Positions 20,293-31,356 of a stretch of 64,000 nt of DNA are shown in pieces. The notes under the pieces are model-generated. The model did not search any database. It was not told the DNA's origin and saw only the letters and a list, made by a program, of their open reading frames with translations. The stretch spans positions 192,001 through 256,000 of the forward strand of contig CAVSHR010000008.1 in assembly GCA_963727625.1 (NCBI GenBank). Direction: 5' to 3'. This stretch comes from an uncultured delta proteobacterium (GTDB lineage Bacteria; Desulfobacterota; Binatia; UBA9968). How positions within the stretch are numbered: the first letter of the stretch is position 1; the number at the start of each line of letters is the position of its first letter. The translations under genes were made by a program, and so were the position numbers.

Positions 20293-22815
20293 ATGGCGGG
20301 CGCGATCGTCATCAAGGGTGCGCGGGTCCACAATTTAAAAAATCTCGATCTGGAAATTCCGCGCGACCGGATGGTGGTCGTCACCGGCGTGTCCGGTTCG
20401 GGAAAATCTTCACTCGCTTTCGATACCCTTTACGCCGAAGGCCAGCGGCGCTATCTAGAGTCGCTGGGCGCCGATGCGCGGCAGCTTTTGCAGCGCATGG
20501 AGAAACCCGACGTGGATAGCATCGAGGGCCTCTCTCCAACCATCGCCATCCAACAGCGTCCAGGGCTGGCCAATCCGCGCTCTACCGTTGGTACGATGAC
20601 CGACGTGTACGATTTTCTGAGGCTGCTGTTTGCGCGTGTCGGCCAGCCCCACTGTCCCCAATGCGACCGCGAGATTAAAACGTTTACCATCGAACAAATG
20701 GTCGACCAGTTGCTGGCGCTGCCGCCGCAAACGCGCGTTATTGTGCTTGCGCCGGTCTCCGGGTCGGCTGCGGGTGCCTCCACCGAGCGGTTGCGTGAAT
20801 TGCTTCGCCTGGGGTTTACCCGGGTGATGATCGACGGCGAGATGCATGAGCTTGGCGGCAAAATTGATCTTGCTGCGGCAAGCCTTGTCAATCTCGTGAT
20901 CGATCGGCTGGTAATTCGCGAAGGCATCGAGCGACGGCTGGCGGATTCCCTGGAGGTTGCGTCGCGCCACGGCGATCAGGTGATAAAGATCCAAATCCTC
21001 GACCGCAACGAAGGCGGTCCGGGCCGGGAAATCTTATTCAGTCAAAAGTTTGCTTGTGTTTTTTGCGGTGCCGCGCTTCCGGAGATAACGCCGAGCTTGT
21101 TTTCTTTCAACAGCCCGCAGGGCGCGTGCCCGGCGTGCAACGGCTTGGGAGTGCTTCCCAAGCCGGGACGGCAGTGCGAAAAAGTACGCGACGGTGAACA
21201 GGTGCCTTGCGGCGGATGCGGCGGCACTCGGCTCACTAAGGCGAGTCGGTCGGTGCGCATCGCCGGCTGCAATATTGCGGAGATCGCCGGATGGACGATA
21301 ACCGATGCGCTCCAATTTTTTGACAGTGTAAAATTCAGCGCGGCACAGCGGACCGTCGGGCATAAGATCGTCGTCGAGATCGTTCGCCGATTAAGCGTCG
21401 TGGCGCATCTGGGCCTGGACTATTTAAGCTTGGATCGTTCGTCGTTGACTCTCTCGGGCGGAGAATCCCAACGTTTGCGTCTAGCCACCCAGATCGGCGC
21501 GGCGATGGCGGGAGTTCTCTACATTCTCGACGAGCCCAGCATCGGCTTGCATCAGCGAGACAACGCAAGATTGATAGAGCTGCTTAAACAGCTGCGCGAT
21601 GGCGGCAACTCGGTGCTGGTGGTCGAGCACGACCGCGAGACTATGCTTGCAGCGGACTATCTGATCGACATGGGACCGGCTGCTGGGGCCCTCGGTGGCG
21701 AAGTGGTCGCATGCGGGACGGTTGTGGAGATTCTCGGCGATGAAAAGTCGCTCACCGGACGCTATTTGTCCGGCGCGTTGAAGATTCCGCGGCCGCGCCG
21801 GCGCGGCGAGGGTAGCAAATTTCTCACGATTAAAAACGCGAGCGCGCGCAATCTCAAAAATGTTACGGTGAAAATTCCCATCGGCGCCATGACCTGCGTC
21901 ACCGGCGTTTCGGGGGCCGGAAAAAGTACTCTCGTGATGGACTTGCTGCTTCCGGCCCTAGTGAGATTGCTGCAACGCCGCGAGACAATCGATCGCATTC
22001 CCGCCGAAATTATCGGCTGGGACAATGTCGATCGCGTCGTGGCGGTTGACCAAGGACCGATCGGCCGCACGCCACGCTCGAATCCGGCGACCTACACGGG
22101 GCTTTATGATCACCTGCGCGCGCTCTTTGCGCAGTTGCCCGAAGCGCGGGTGCGCGGCTACGGCGCCGAGCGTTTTTCGTTCAATAAGAAAGGCGGGCGT
22201 TGTGAGGCTTGCGGCGGTGATGGAGTGACCCGCGTGGAAATGTATTTTCTTCCCGAAGTTTTCGTGACCTGCGCGGTATGCAACGGCCGGCGGTTCAATC
22301 GCGAAACCTTGGAGATCAAGTACAAAGGCTTGAGCATTGCCGATGCTTTAGAGTTAACCGTCGATCAAGCGCTGGAGCTGCTCAATGCCATCCCGCCGAT
22401 TCACGATCGCCTGCGCGTGTTGCGCGACGTTGGCTTGGGTTATTTGCAACTGGGACAATCCGCTACGACCCTGGCCGGCGGCGAGGCCCAGCGCGTCAAG
22501 CTGGCGCGCGAACTGGCGCGACGATCGACCGGCCGCTCGCTTTACGTTCTTGACGAGCCAACCGCTGGGCTGCATTTCGACGATGTCAAGAAACTTTTAG
22601 AGCTACTTAACCGTCTAAGCGATTTGGGCAACACCGTGGTCGTAATCGAACATAATCTGGACGTGATTAAGTGCGCCGACCATATTATTGACCTGGGGCC
22701 AGAAAGCGGTCCCGGTGGCGGCGAAATCATCGCCCAGGGAAAACCAGAGGAAGTCGCCGCGGTTACGGCGTCATATACGGGCCGATACCTGCGACCGATG
22801 CTAGAGTTGGTTTAG
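20293..22815 (+). CDS. uvrA: Excinuclease ABC subunit UvrA (short form)
   Basis: [40 protein letters not shown], second ABC module, zinc fingers. Confidence 0.92.
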   Translation: MAGAIVIKGARVHNLKNLDLEIPRDRMVVVTGVSGSGKSSLAFDTLYAEGQRRYLESLGADARQLLQRMEKPDVDSIEGLSPTIAIQQRPGLANPRSTVGTMTDVYDFLRLLFARVGQPHCPQCDREIKTFTIEQMVDQLLALPPQTRVIVLAPVSGSAAGASTERLRELLRLGFTRVMIDGEMHELGGKIDLAAASLVNLVIDRLVIREGIERRLADSLEVASRHGDQVIKIQILDRNEGGPGREILFSQKFACVFCGAALPEITPSLFSFNSPQGACPACNGLGVLPKPGRQCEKVRDGEQVPCGGCGGTRLTKASRSVRIAGCNIAEIAGWTITDALQFFDSVKFSAAQRTVGHKIVVEIVRRLSVVAHLGLDYLSLDRSSLTLSGGESQRLRLATQIGAAMAGVLYILDEPSIGLHQRDNARLIELLKQLRDGGNSVLVVEHDRETMLAADYLIDMGPAAGALGGEVVACGTVVEILGDEKSLTGRYLSGALKIPRPRRRGEGSKFLTIKNASARNLKNVTVKIPIGAMTCVTGVSGAGKSTLVMDLLLPALVRLLQRRETIDRIPAEIIGWDNVDRVVAVDQGPIGRTPRSNPATYTGLYDHLRALFAQLPEARVRGYGAERFSFNKKGGRCEACGGDGVTRVEMYFLPEVFVTCAVCNGRRFNRETLEIKYKGLSIADALELTVDQALELLNAIPPIHDRLRVLRDVGLGYLQLGQSATTLAGGEAQRVKLARELARRSTGRSLYVLDEPTAGLHFDDVKKLLELLNRLSDLGNTVVVIEHNLDVIKCADHIIDLGPESGPGGGEIIAQGKPEEVAAVTASYTGRYLRPMLELV

Positions 22816-22897
22816 CGACGTTTTAGGGTTGCCTAATTGCTAGGCAGCGACCGAACCTAATGATGTGCTTCTTAGGTTTAATGCCGACTTATCGGGG

Positions 22898-22926
22898 TTG
22901 ACTCAGGATCACCTTTTAGGTAGCTT
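22898..22926 (+). promoter_or_regulatory. Sigma70-type promoter of the Fe-S cluster operon
   Basis: TTGACT-17 bp-TAGCTT upstream of iscS. Confidence 0.6.
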
Positions 22927-22927
22927 A

Positions 22928-22952
22928 ATATCAGACCAAATTAGTCGGGAAT
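22928..22952. promoter_or_regulatory. IscR type-1-like binding site
   Basis: ATATCAGACCAAATTAGTCGGGAAT matches 21/25 positions of ATASYYGACTRWWWYAGTCRRSTAT by manual comparison; an Rrf2 regulator is encoded in the operon. Confidence 0.65.
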
Positions 22953-22985
22953 GGACAAATTAGTGGTTCAAGCAGGCGCGATAAA

Positions 22986-24224
22986 ATGAACGTTAAGACT
23001 CCGATTTACCTTGATAATCACGCGACTACGCAGGTCGACCCGAGGGTTTTGGAAGCCATGCTGCCCTACTTCACGGAAAAATTCGGTAACGCGGCGAGCA
23101 AAAGCCATGCGTTTGGTTGGGAGGCGGAAGCTTCCGTCGACAGGGCGCGGGAGCAGGTAGCGAAGCTTATTGGCGCCTCGTCGCCGCGGGAGATTGTTTT
23201 TACCAGTGGCGCGACCGAATCGGATAATCTCGCGATCAAGGGGGTCGCCGAAGCTTACCGTGACAAGGGCGATCACATCGTCACCTGCGTGACCGAGCAC
23301 AAAGCGGTTCTCGATAGTTGTAAGGTTCTGGAGAAGCATGGATTCCAAGTTACCTATTTGCCGGTTAGCGCTGATGGGGTCGTCGATATCGAGCGCTTAA
23401 AGACTGCGCTCACGGAGCAAACGATATTGATCTCGATTATGGCCGCCAATAACGAGATCGGTACGATTCAACCGGTGCAAGAAATCGGTCGCGTGGCCAA
23501 AGAGAGAGGGATTCTGTTTCACAGCGATGCGACGCAAGCGGTGGGCAAGGTTCCGATCAACGTCGAAGCAATCGGTATCGATCTGCTGTCGTTGACGGCG
23601 CACAAGATGTACGGCCCCAAAGGTGTCGGCGCACTTTACGTTCGTGCGACCAAGCCCCGGGTAAAAATTACTCCGCTCATCGACGGCGGCGGGCACGAGC
23701 GCGGTATGCGGTCTGGCACTCTCAACGTCGCCGGGGTCGTGGCGCTCGGCAAGGCTTGCGAGCTTTCGCAAAATGAAATGGGCGCCGAAGCTGAGCGTTT
23801 GACAGCTCTGCGCGAGCGGTTGAAACACGCGGTTCTCGATCAGCTCGAAGACGTCCGCGTCAATGGCGATGCGCTGCAGCGGTTGCCGGGCAACATGAAC
23901 TTGAGCTTTGCTTACGTGGAGGGCGAGTCGCTGATGATGGGGCTCAAAGAAATCGCCGTATCCAGCGGTTCGGCATGCACTTCGGCAAGCCTCGAGCCGT
24001 CCTATGTGCTCAAGGCGATCGGCTTGGAGGATGCCATGGCCCATGCCTCTATTCGTTTCGGCATCGGCCGCTTCAATACTGTGGATGAAATCGATTACAC
24101 GGTGCAACGGGTCGTCGAAGAAGTACAGCGTCTGAGAGAGATTTCTCAAGTTTATCGGGCGAAGAAGACCAAGCTACAGAAACGTCAGCAAGGCGAGGTG
24201 ACCAGTCAGGAAAAAGTTTCCTGA
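22986..24224 (+). CDS. iscS: Cysteine desulfurase IscS
   Basis: [19 protein letters not shown] (PLP lysine), [17 protein letters not shown]. Confidence 0.95.
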   Translation: MNVKTPIYLDNHATTQVDPRVLEAMLPYFTEKFGNAASKSHAFGWEAEASVDRAREQVAKLIGASSPREIVFTSGATESDNLAIKGVAEAYRDKGDHIVTCVTEHKAVLDSCKVLEKHGFQVTYLPVSADGVVDIERLKTALTEQTILISIMAANNEIGTIQPVQEIGRVAKERGILFHSDATQAVGKVPINVEAIGIDLLSLTAHKMYGPKGVGALYVRATKPRVKITPLIDGGGHERGMRSGTLNVAGVVALGKACELSQNEMGAEAERLTALRERLKHAVLDQLEDVRVNGDALQRLPGNMNLSFAYVEGESLMMGLKEIAVSSGSACTSASLEPSYVLKAIGLEDAMAHASIRFGIGRFNTVDEIDYTVQRVVEEVQRLREISQVYRAKKTKLQKRQQGEVTSQEKVS

Positions 24225-24253
24225 CTGTTTCACACAAGGGGAGGAACAAAGTT

Positions 24254-24583
24254 ATGGCCATGGGAATCAGTCTCACCGATCGTGCCGCGGCGCGGATCAA
24301 GGAGCTGATTGTCGCCGATAGCCGGCAAGGTCAGGGATTGCGGGTTAAAGTGGTCGGCGGCGGTTGTTCGGGCCTTCAGTATAAGGTGGATTTCGACGCG
24401 CCCAAAGGGACCGATAAGGTGTTCGAGAAGGACGGCGCCAAAGTTTTGGTGGACATGAAGAGCCTGCTTTACCTGACGGGCACGGAGCTCGACTACAAAG
24501 ACGAGTTGATGCAGTCCGGCTTCGTCTTCCAGAATCCGAACGTGAAGAAAGCCTGCGGTTGCGGCGCTTCGTTCACGGTTTAA
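24254..24583 (+). CDS. iscA: A-type Fe-S carrier (IscA/SufA/HesB family)
   Basis: GGGCSGLQY and CGCGASF motifs. Confidence 0.9.
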   Translation: MAMGISLTDRAAARIKELIVADSRQGQGLRVKVVGGGCSGLQYKVDFDAPKGTDKVFEKDGAKVLVDMKSLLYLTGTELDYKDELMQSGFVFQNPNVKKACGCGASFTV

Positions 24584-24604
24584 AAATAGTGGGGAAGTAG
24601 AATC

Positions 24605-26065
24605 ATGAAAACAGCGACAAACACAGTGGAAGATCTTGCTCGTCGCGAGTACAAGTACGGTTTCGTCACCGACATTGATGCGGACACCGTTCCGCCAGGG
24701 TTGGACGAAGACGTCATTCGCCTGATCTCCGCAAAAAAAAATGAGCCGCAGTTCATGCTCGATTGGCGGCTGAAGGCTTATCGTCACTGGGCCAAGCTGG
24801 AAAAGACTCAAGCCGAGCCTAAGTGGGCGAAGGTGCATTATCCGCCTATCGATTATCAGGCAATTCGTTATTTTTCCGCGCCGAAATCGAAGACGGATGG
24901 TCCCAAAAGCCTAGACGAGGTCGATCCGGAGTTGCTCCAAATGTACGAGAAGCTGGGAATTCCTCTCAAAGAGCAGGAATCTCTGGCTGGCGTGGCCGTC
25001 GACGCGGTTTTCGACAGCGTCTCGGTGGCGACGACATTTAAGGGGAAGCTCGCCAAGCTCGGCATTATCTTTGGCTCGTTTTCCGAGGCGGTGCAAAATC
25101 ATCCCGACCTGGTGCAAAAGTACCTGGGCTCAGTGGTGCCTTACACCGACAATTTTTTCGCGTCGCTCAATTCCGCGGTGTTCAGCGACGGCTCGTTTTG
25201 TTTCATTCCGAAGGGAGTGCGCTGCCCGATGGAGCTGTCGACCTATTTCCGCATCAACGCCGCGGAAACCGGCCAATTCGAGCGCACGCTGATCGTCGCC
25301 GAAGAAGGCGCCACGGTAAGTTACCTTGAAGGCTGCACCGCACCCATGCGCGATAAAAACCAGTTGCACGCCGCGGTGGTGGAGCTGGTGGCCCACAGGG
25401 ACGCCCAGATCAAGTACTCCACGGTGCAAAATTGGTACCCCGGCGATGCCGAAGGCAAGGGCGGTATTTACAATTTCGTGACCAAGCGCGGCAAATGTCT
25501 GGGCGAGAGCTCGAAGATCTCCTGGACTCAGGTGGAAACCGGTTCGGCGATTACCTGGAAGTATCCGAGCTGTATCTTGCAGGGCGACGATTCGGTGGGC
25601 GAGTTTTATTCCGTGGCACTGACCAACAATTACCAGCAGGCCGATACCGGCACCAAGATGATCCATATCGGCAAGAACACCAAGAGTACGATCATCTCGA
25701 AGGGTATCTCGGCGGGCCACGGTCAGAACACCTACCGCGGCCTCGTTAAGATCATGAAGGGCGCCAGCGGCGCGCGGAACTATTCGCAGTGCGATTCGTT
25801 GTTATTGGGAGACAAGTGCGGCGCGCATACCTTTCCTTATTTGGAAGTTTTAAATAACGCGTCGCAGGTCGAGCACGAGGCCTCGACCTCCAAAATCGGC
25901 GAGGATCAGCTGTTTTATTGCAAGCAGCGCGGGCTCTCGACAGAGGACGCGGTCAATCTGATCGTCAACGGTTTCTGCAAGCAGGTATTTAAAGAGCTGC
26001 CGATGGAGTTTGCCGTGGAAGCACAGAAACTTCTCGGCGTAAGCCTGGAGGGCAGCGTCGGATAG
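24605..26065 (+). CDS. sufB: Fe-S cluster assembly protein SufB
   Basis: [40 protein letters not shown]...EGSVG. Confidence 0.97.
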   Translation: MKTATNTVEDLARREYKYGFVTDIDADTVPPGLDEDVIRLISAKKNEPQFMLDWRLKAYRHWAKLEKTQAEPKWAKVHYPPIDYQAIRYFSAPKSKTDGPKSLDEVDPELLQMYEKLGIPLKEQESLAGVAVDAVFDSVSVATTFKGKLAKLGIIFGSFSEAVQNHPDLVQKYLGSVVPYTDNFFASLNSAVFSDGSFCFIPKGVRCPMELSTYFRINAAETGQFERTLIVAEEGATVSYLEGCTAPMRDKNQLHAAVVELVAHRDAQIKYSTVQNWYPGDAEGKGGIYNFVTKRGKCLGESSKISWTQVETGSAITWKYPSCILQGDDSVGEFYSVALTNNYQQADTGTKMIHIGKNTKSTIISKGISAGHGQNTYRGLVKIMKGASGARNYSQCDSLLLGDKCGAHTFPYLEVLNNASQVEHEASTSKIGEDQLFYCKQRGLSTEDAVNLIVNGFCKQVFKELPMEFAVEAQKLLGVSLEGSVG

Positions 26066-26108
26066 GAATGGTTTCCATCCGCGACCGCGGACGAACAAGC
26101 AGGCAATT

Positions 26109-27335
26109 ATGTCGGACGAAATTTACTTCGATAACAACGCGACCACACGGGTGCTGCCCGAGGTCGCCGAAGCGATGATACCGTTCTACACGGAGCAGTA
26201 CGGCAATCCGTCGAGCATTCATCGTTTCGGCAGCCAGGTGGGCGAGAAAATCGCGCAGGCGAGGGCGCAGGTTGCCGCGCTGATCGGCGCCGCCGATCCG
26301 ATCGAAGTCATTTTCACGAGCAGCGGCACCGAAGGCGATAACGCCGCGATCCGCGGCATGCTCGAAGCGCGGCCGGACAAACGCCATATCGTCACCACTC
26401 AAGTCGAGCATCCAGCGGTGTTAGGTCTATGCCAGCATTTGGAGAAGAAAGGTTATCGTGTGAGCCGGTTGGGCGTCGACGCCGACGGCGCGTTGGATCT
26501 CGATGAACTGCGCGCTGCATTGACCGACGATACCGCGGTGGTGTCGATCATGTGGGCCAATAACGAAACCGGAGTAATTTTCCCGATCGAACAGATCGGC
26601 GCGATCGTTCGCTCCAAAGATATTCTATTTCATGTGGACGCCGTGCAAGCCGCTGGCAGGTTGCCGCTCGCCGTTAAAGACTTGCCGGTGGACCTGATGA
26701 CGATCTCGGGCCATAAATTTTACGCGCCCAAAGGGATCGGCGCGCTCTACGTGGGACGCGGCATTACTTTTCCACCTTTCATGATCGGCGGCCACCAGGA
26801 ACGCAACCGGCGCGCCGGAACGGAAAATGTCGCGGGCATCATAGGCATGGGTAAAGCGGCGGAGATCGCAGCTGGCCGGATAGCCGAAGATTCGGCGCGA
26901 GTCGGCCGGTTGCGCGATCTGCTCGAAACTTTGTTGCTGGAATCCTGTCCGGGCAGCCGGGTAAACGGCCGCGGGCAGCCGCGCTTGCCGAACACGTCGA
27001 ACATCAGTTTTCGCTATTTGGAAGGCGATTCGATTCTCGTGCTGCTGGACCAGCAGGACATCTGTGCTTCCACGGGTTCCGCCTGTACGGCGGGCTCTTC
27101 GGATCCCTCCCATGTGCTGCGGGCAATGAAGGTTCCGGCAGATTGGCTGCAGGGCGCGGTCCGTTTTAGCCTCGGCCATTTCAATACAGAAAAAGAAGTC
27201 CATTACGTGAACCAAAAGGTGCCGGCGATCGTCCAAAGGCTGCAAAAGCTTTCCGTCTTGGGCAAACTCGGCGATCGACAGGAGCTGCAATCCGAGCGTC
27301 ACACGGCGACCGGCGGCAGCGGGGCAAGGAGGTAG
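26109..27335 (+). CDS. nifS: Second cysteine desulfurase (NifS-like)
   Basis: YFDNNATT, SGHKFYAPKG, STGSACTAGS. Confidence 0.85.
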   Translation: MSDEIYFDNNATTRVLPEVAEAMIPFYTEQYGNPSSIHRFGSQVGEKIAQARAQVAALIGAADPIEVIFTSSGTEGDNAAIRGMLEARPDKRHIVTTQVEHPAVLGLCQHLEKKGYRVSRLGVDADGALDLDELRAALTDDTAVVSIMWANNETGVIFPIEQIGAIVRSKDILFHVDAVQAAGRLPLAVKDLPVDLMTISGHKFYAPKGIGALYVGRGITFPPFMIGGHQERNRRAGTENVAGIIGMGKAAEIAAGRIAEDSARVGRLRDLLETLLLESCPGSRVNGRGQPRLPNTSNISFRYLEGDSILVLLDQQDICASTGSACTAGSSDPSHVLRAMKVPADWLQGAVRFSLGHFNTEKEVHYVNQKVPAIVQRLQKLSVLGKLGDRQELQSERHTATGGSGARR

Positions 27336-27341
27336 AAACAA

Positions 27342-27797
27342 ATGGGGCTCATGCAGATACCACGGCGCGTCGACTATGGCTTACGTGCGGTGATTTATCT
27401 CTCGGACCAGCTGCCGGGAAAATGTTGCTCCATCGGTGAGATCGCCAAGCATCAGGGGATGCCGAAAAAGTTCTTGGAAAAAATTATTCAAAATCTGGTT
27501 CAGCGCGGCTTGATCAAGTCCAAGCGTGGCGCTTCGGGAGGTTACATGTTGGCGCGCCCGGCCGACGCCATCTCGTTTTGCGACGTGATCGAGGCGATCG
27601 AAGGGCCGATCTCGGTCAATGCGTGTTTGGACCATGCCTTGGGCTGTGATCAGATTCCGCGCTGTACGATGATAGGCGTCTGGAACGAGGTGCAGCGTGG
27701 CGTCACCGAGGTGCTCAGCCGCACGACCATTGCGGCCCTGCGCCAGCCGGCCTGCAAGGAATTCATTGGTGTTTCTTCTCTTTCGAGTGCGGCTTAA
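27342..27797 (+). CDS. Rrf2-family transcriptional regulator (IscR-like, 3 Cys)
   Basis: DYGLRA, SKRGASGGYMLAR, C-x6-C-x5-C cluster ligands. Confidence 0.88.
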   Translation: MGLMQIPRRVDYGLRAVIYLSDQLPGKCCSIGEIAKHQGMPKKFLEKIIQNLVQRGLIKSKRGASGGYMLARPADAISFCDVIEAIEGPISVNACLDHALGCDQIPRCTMIGVWNEVQRGVTEVLSRTTIAALRQPACKEFIGVSSLSSAA

Positions 27798-27861
27798 ACG
27801 GAATGAATGGCTTAACCGATCGAATTGCAGTCAAGCCGTACCTTAATCGGAGGTAGGTTTT

Positions 27862-28320
27862 ATGAGTTATGACACTGGGCTCAGCATGGAAGAACGAGTG
27901 ACTTCGTTGTTCCAGCCGGACACACTTTTGCCGGATCAGTATCTCGATACCTTCCGGCGCAAGTTGCATCTCGAGCCGGAAAAGAAGCTCTTGCTGGCGA
28001 TTCTCGAAGATGCCGTGGCTTGTTATCAGAAATATCTATTCGCCCGCGATAGCAAGGGGACGGCGCTTTTTAGCGAGGCCGAAGGGTGGCTGGAACAAGC
28101 CAACGGCGAGGGCGTATTCGCGTTCGACAGTGTGTGTGAATCTCTGGGTTTGAACCCCGACTATCTCAGACGCGGCATGACCGAATGGAAAAGGGCTGCG
28201 CTCGCGCAGCACACCCAAGCAAAGGTTTATCAGCTCACAACCGGAGCGCGAAAACACAAAAGAAGCGTGCCGAGCCCGCGTAGAGCGGGACAGCGCGTGC
28301 GGCGGGCGGCCGGCCGGTAA
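27862..28320 (+). CDS. Hypothetical protein
   Basis: RBS GGAGG, host-like codon usage, 152 aa with basic tail; no function recognised. Confidence 0.65.
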   Translation: MSYDTGLSMEERVTSLFQPDTLLPDQYLDTFRRKLHLEPEKKLLLAILEDAVACYQKYLFARDSKGTALFSEAEGWLEQANGEGVFAFDSVCESLGLNPDYLRRGMTEWKRAALAQHTQAKVYQLTTGARKHKRSVPSPRRAGQRVRRAAGR

Positions 28321-28441
28321 CGCGACTCAGGGCGGTGACGACGGTCCACGGCGACGACGGCAATTGACCGTCGTCGCCGTTTTATTTCCAGGCGGTGCCC
28401 CCTCCCTTGAAAAGCTCGATAAACAAATTCATAGATTAGTA

Positions 28442-29476
28442 ATGGTTAAAAAAAAACGCGGCTCGGCGATCGGACGGTTCTTCTACAGTTTGAGATACCG
28501 GACCGGCGAGTACGCGCTGCGCGGCTTCGTCGGGGCATTGCCTTACGTACCGTACCGCTGGGTGATGCTGTTGGCGCGCTCTACGGCGCGCATTACCTTC
28601 TGGTTGCTGTGGAGCTATCGTAAACGGATGGAAGAAAACGTCGCAAACGTTTTCGCCGACGAAATACCCGAGGTAAAAGACCGGCAAGCCTTGGTCGGGC
28701 GAGCCTGGCTGAATTTTGCTCGCGGCGTGGTCGATACGACCGCAGTGATGCATTTTTCCAAGGAACGAATTCGCTCCACCGTGGCATTGGAGGGCGAGGA
28801 GCATATAAAGCGGGCACTCGAGAACGGCAAAGGAGTCCTAGCATTGAGCGCTCACTTGGGCAGTTTCACGATGATCGGCGCACGCCTGGCGGCATCGGGT
28901 TACCCGTTTAGCGTGGTGGTGAAGCAGCCAGCCGACCAGCGCTTCACAAAACTGGTCGATGATTACCGTGCGCAAATCGGCATCCACACGATTTCCGCTA
29001 AACCGCGCCGGGAAGCCGTTCGCGGCATCCTCAGGGCCTTGCGCGATAATCGCATCGTTTTGGTCATTGCCGACGAGTTCAAGTCCGGCGACGTGATGGT
29101 CGATTTCTTGGGCATGAAGGCGCCAGCGCCACGCGGACCGGCAACTCTGGCGCTGCGCACGGGGGCGGTGACCCTGCCGATGTTCGCCACCCGAAGCGCT
29201 GGCGACGCGTTGACTCTCACCGTGGGAGCGCCGATTGCGCCGATTCTGCGCGAAGACCTTGAAGCCAGTGTCGCGGCGACTACGGAGCTCTATTCGCGCC
29301 ATATCGAGGCGGCGATTCGAAGGTTTCCCGATCAATGGAATTGGCTCGGATTGCCGCGCCGCGATGGCAAGTTGTCGCGCGCGGAGATAGCGCGCAGACG
29401 CAGGGAAGCGCACCCCAAGGCGATTTCCCGCCGGCCCCGTTCAGACCAAATCGGTACCGGCACTTCTTCGCCGTAG
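28442..29476 (+). CDS. Lipid A biosynthesis lauroyl/palmitoleoyl acyltransferase family (LpxL-like)
   Basis: KGVLALSAHLGSF, P.QWNW C-terminal motif. Confidence 0.8.
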   Translation: MVKKKRGSAIGRFFYSLRYRTGEYALRGFVGALPYVPYRWVMLLARSTARITFWLLWSYRKRMEENVANVFADEIPEVKDRQALVGRAWLNFARGVVDTTAVMHFSKERIRSTVALEGEEHIKRALENGKGVLALSAHLGSFTMIGARLAASGYPFSVVVKQPADQRFTKLVDDYRAQIGIHTISAKPRREAVRGILRALRDNRIVLVIADEFKSGDVMVDFLGMKAPAPRGPATLALRTGAVTLPMFATRSAGDALTLTVGAPIAPILREDLEASVAATTELYSRHIEAAIRRFPDQWNWLGLPRRDGKLSRAEIARRRREAHPKAISRRPRSDQIGTGTSSP

Positions 29477-29561
29477 CGACGCTAGTGGGTAGGAAAACAG
29501 GTTGTGTAAACGTCGACAAGCTCGACGTGAGAGGACTCGAAGAAAGCTCCTCAGCAACCTG

Positions 29562-30164
29562 CTAAAGTTTTGAATCGAAGCCCGGATTTAGAATCGTCTT
29601 TTGCTCGGTGGATTCCAAGTAGCGCATGAAGCGGTACTTATTTTCGATTTCGTCGAGCTTGAGCGCCGGCAGATTCGCCGGCTGACCCGGCTGGACTTTC
29701 ACGGCGATCAAGGTCAAGTCATTGCGCTTCCAGGCGCACGTGAACTCGGCGCGAAATTCTTCCGGCGATTGCACCCAGAGGGCGTGCTTGTAGCCGGCGC
29801 CCTTGGCGATGGCCACGGCGTCGCACTCACGCGACGCGGTGGCAGTGCCGCCCGAAGCTTCGTAGACTTCGTTGTCAAAGAGCAGGTGAATCAAGTTACC
29901 GGGACGCTGCAAGGCGATCGTCGGCAGACCGCAAAGATTCATCAGAAAGGCGCCGTCGCCGTCGATGGCGATGACTTTGCGATACGGTAAAGCGATGGCC
30001 AGACCGGCGGCAATTGACGAAACCAAGCCGAGGGTCCGGGTTTTCAAGTTGCCGTCGCTCGGGCGCACGGCCCACCACTCCCGCGCGCCCCAGCCCGTGC
30101 AAACCGCCAGCGCGTGACCGGCGTCGCCGGCGATCGCTTTCAAATAATTATAACGTTGCATCAT
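29562..30164 (-). CDS. ThDP-dependent decarboxylase beta subunit (sulfopyruvate decarboxylase ComE-like)
   Basis: IDGDGAFLMNL...DN ThDP-binding motif; paired with an alpha subunit. Confidence 0.75.
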   Translation of the reverse strand: MMQRYNYLKAIAGDAGHALAVCTGWGAREWWAVRPSDGNLKTRTLGLVSSIAAGLAIALPYRKVIAIDGDGAFLMNLCGLPTIALQRPGNLIHLLFDNEVYEASGGTATASRECDAVAIAKGAGYKHALWVQSPEEFRAEFTCAWKRNDLTLIAVKVQPGQPANLPALKLDEIENKYRFMRYLESTEQKTILNPGFDSKL

Positions 30165-30673
30165 TTGACGCCCAAGACACTTTTAGTCAGCAGCACCGCC
30201 ACCGGTTTCTTCGAATCATCGGCCAAAATCTGCGCGCCGTGCAAGATTTCGTCGATTTCTTCTCGTTTGCGCAATACGTAGCTACGAAAGCCCATTGCCT
30301 GGATGACCGGTTCGGTGACCGAACCCAGCGTCGTAAAGCCGCGGTCGCCGATGTCGCCGGCGTAGTAGATCAGCATGAGAATCGGGATTTGGAACTGCAG
30401 CGAGGTCGTTGTCAGTGCGTTGCAACTGTTCAAGAAGCCGGCGTTCTGCATGATGATCGCGGTTTTTTTACCGGCCAGATATGCGCCGGCGCAGATGCCG
30501 ATGCCTTCTTCCTCTCGGCAGAGCGGTACATGTTTGAGCTCGGTGTCGCGTTCAGCCGCGCGAATCAGTTCGAGCATTTTTTCATCCGGTAAGGTTGCGA
30601 CAAAATTTATCCCGGCTTTTTTAAGTCCGGCGAGGATCGCAGCCGCCGACGTTTTCGCGGTTTGGTCTTCCAT
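30161..30673 (-). CDS. ThDP-dependent decarboxylase alpha subunit (ComD-like)
   Basis: REEEGIGICAGAYLAG, MQNAG. Confidence 0.8.
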   Translation of the reverse strand: MEDQTAKTSAAAILAGLKKAGINFVATLPDEKMLELIRAAERDTELKHVPLCREEEGIGICAGAYLAGKKTAIIMQNAGFLNSCNALTTTSLQFQIPILMLIYYAGDIGDRGFTTLGSVTEPVIQAMGFRSYVLRKREEIDEILHGAQILADDSKKPVAVLLTKSVLGVK

Positions 30674-30848
30674 CAGACACCTAAATGATTCGTGTCACAC
30701 TCGGGTTTGATTGCACTTTGCCGGGGCGATCACAAGCATCATGGCTACTGCGAATGAATCCAGCTTGTCAAGTCGCGCGCTGCCGACGCGGCCCGAATAC
30801 TCTCTTGACACTCGGAGAGCAAGCCCTATAGTGAACCGAAAAAGCGTT

Positions 30849-31235
30849 ATGACGGAAACAGACGTAAAGGTCAGCGCCCAACATGTCTGGGTCGGCGGCG
30901 AGGACCGTTGTGTTCATTTGGGTCTCACCAATTACGTGCAAGCGGCCCTCGGCACGGTAATATCCATGGAGCTCCCCGATGTGGGGGATCAAGTCGAAGA
31001 GGGCGAGATCTTCGCCGAAATCGAATCGGTGTCCACGGTTCATGAGTTCGTTTCGCCCGTATCGGGCAAAGTACTCGCCGTCAACCCGCAGTTGGAGAGC
31101 AATCCCTCGATCATCAATGAGGATCCTTACAGTGAAGGTTGGCTGGTCGAAGTGCGCTTGAAAAATGAGTCTGAACTCGACGCGCTCATGGGCATGGACG
31201 AGTACTACCATTTTGTTTTTAAAGATAAAGCTTAA
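30849..31235 (+). CDS. Glycine cleavage H-like protein lacking the lipoyl lysine
   Basis: H.WV, GLTNYVQAALG, SPVSGKV..VN, INEDPYSEGWL; ESVK is replaced by ESVS. Confidence 0.8.
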   Translation: MTETDVKVSAQHVWVGGEDRCVHLGLTNYVQAALGTVISMELPDVGDQVEEGEIFAEIESVSTVHEFVSPVSGKVLAVNPQLESNPSIINEDPYSEGWLVEVRLKNESELDALMGMDEYYHFVFKDKA

Positions 31236-31356
31236 ATCGTCAGCAATTGCCCGGGCTTTTTTCCTTTCACTGCAAATTGCCGCGCTCGTGCATGGCGCGC
31301 AAGACGATCCGCGCCGGGGAGAAGGGGCCGACAAATTCCTTGCAGCGCGCCGGGTT

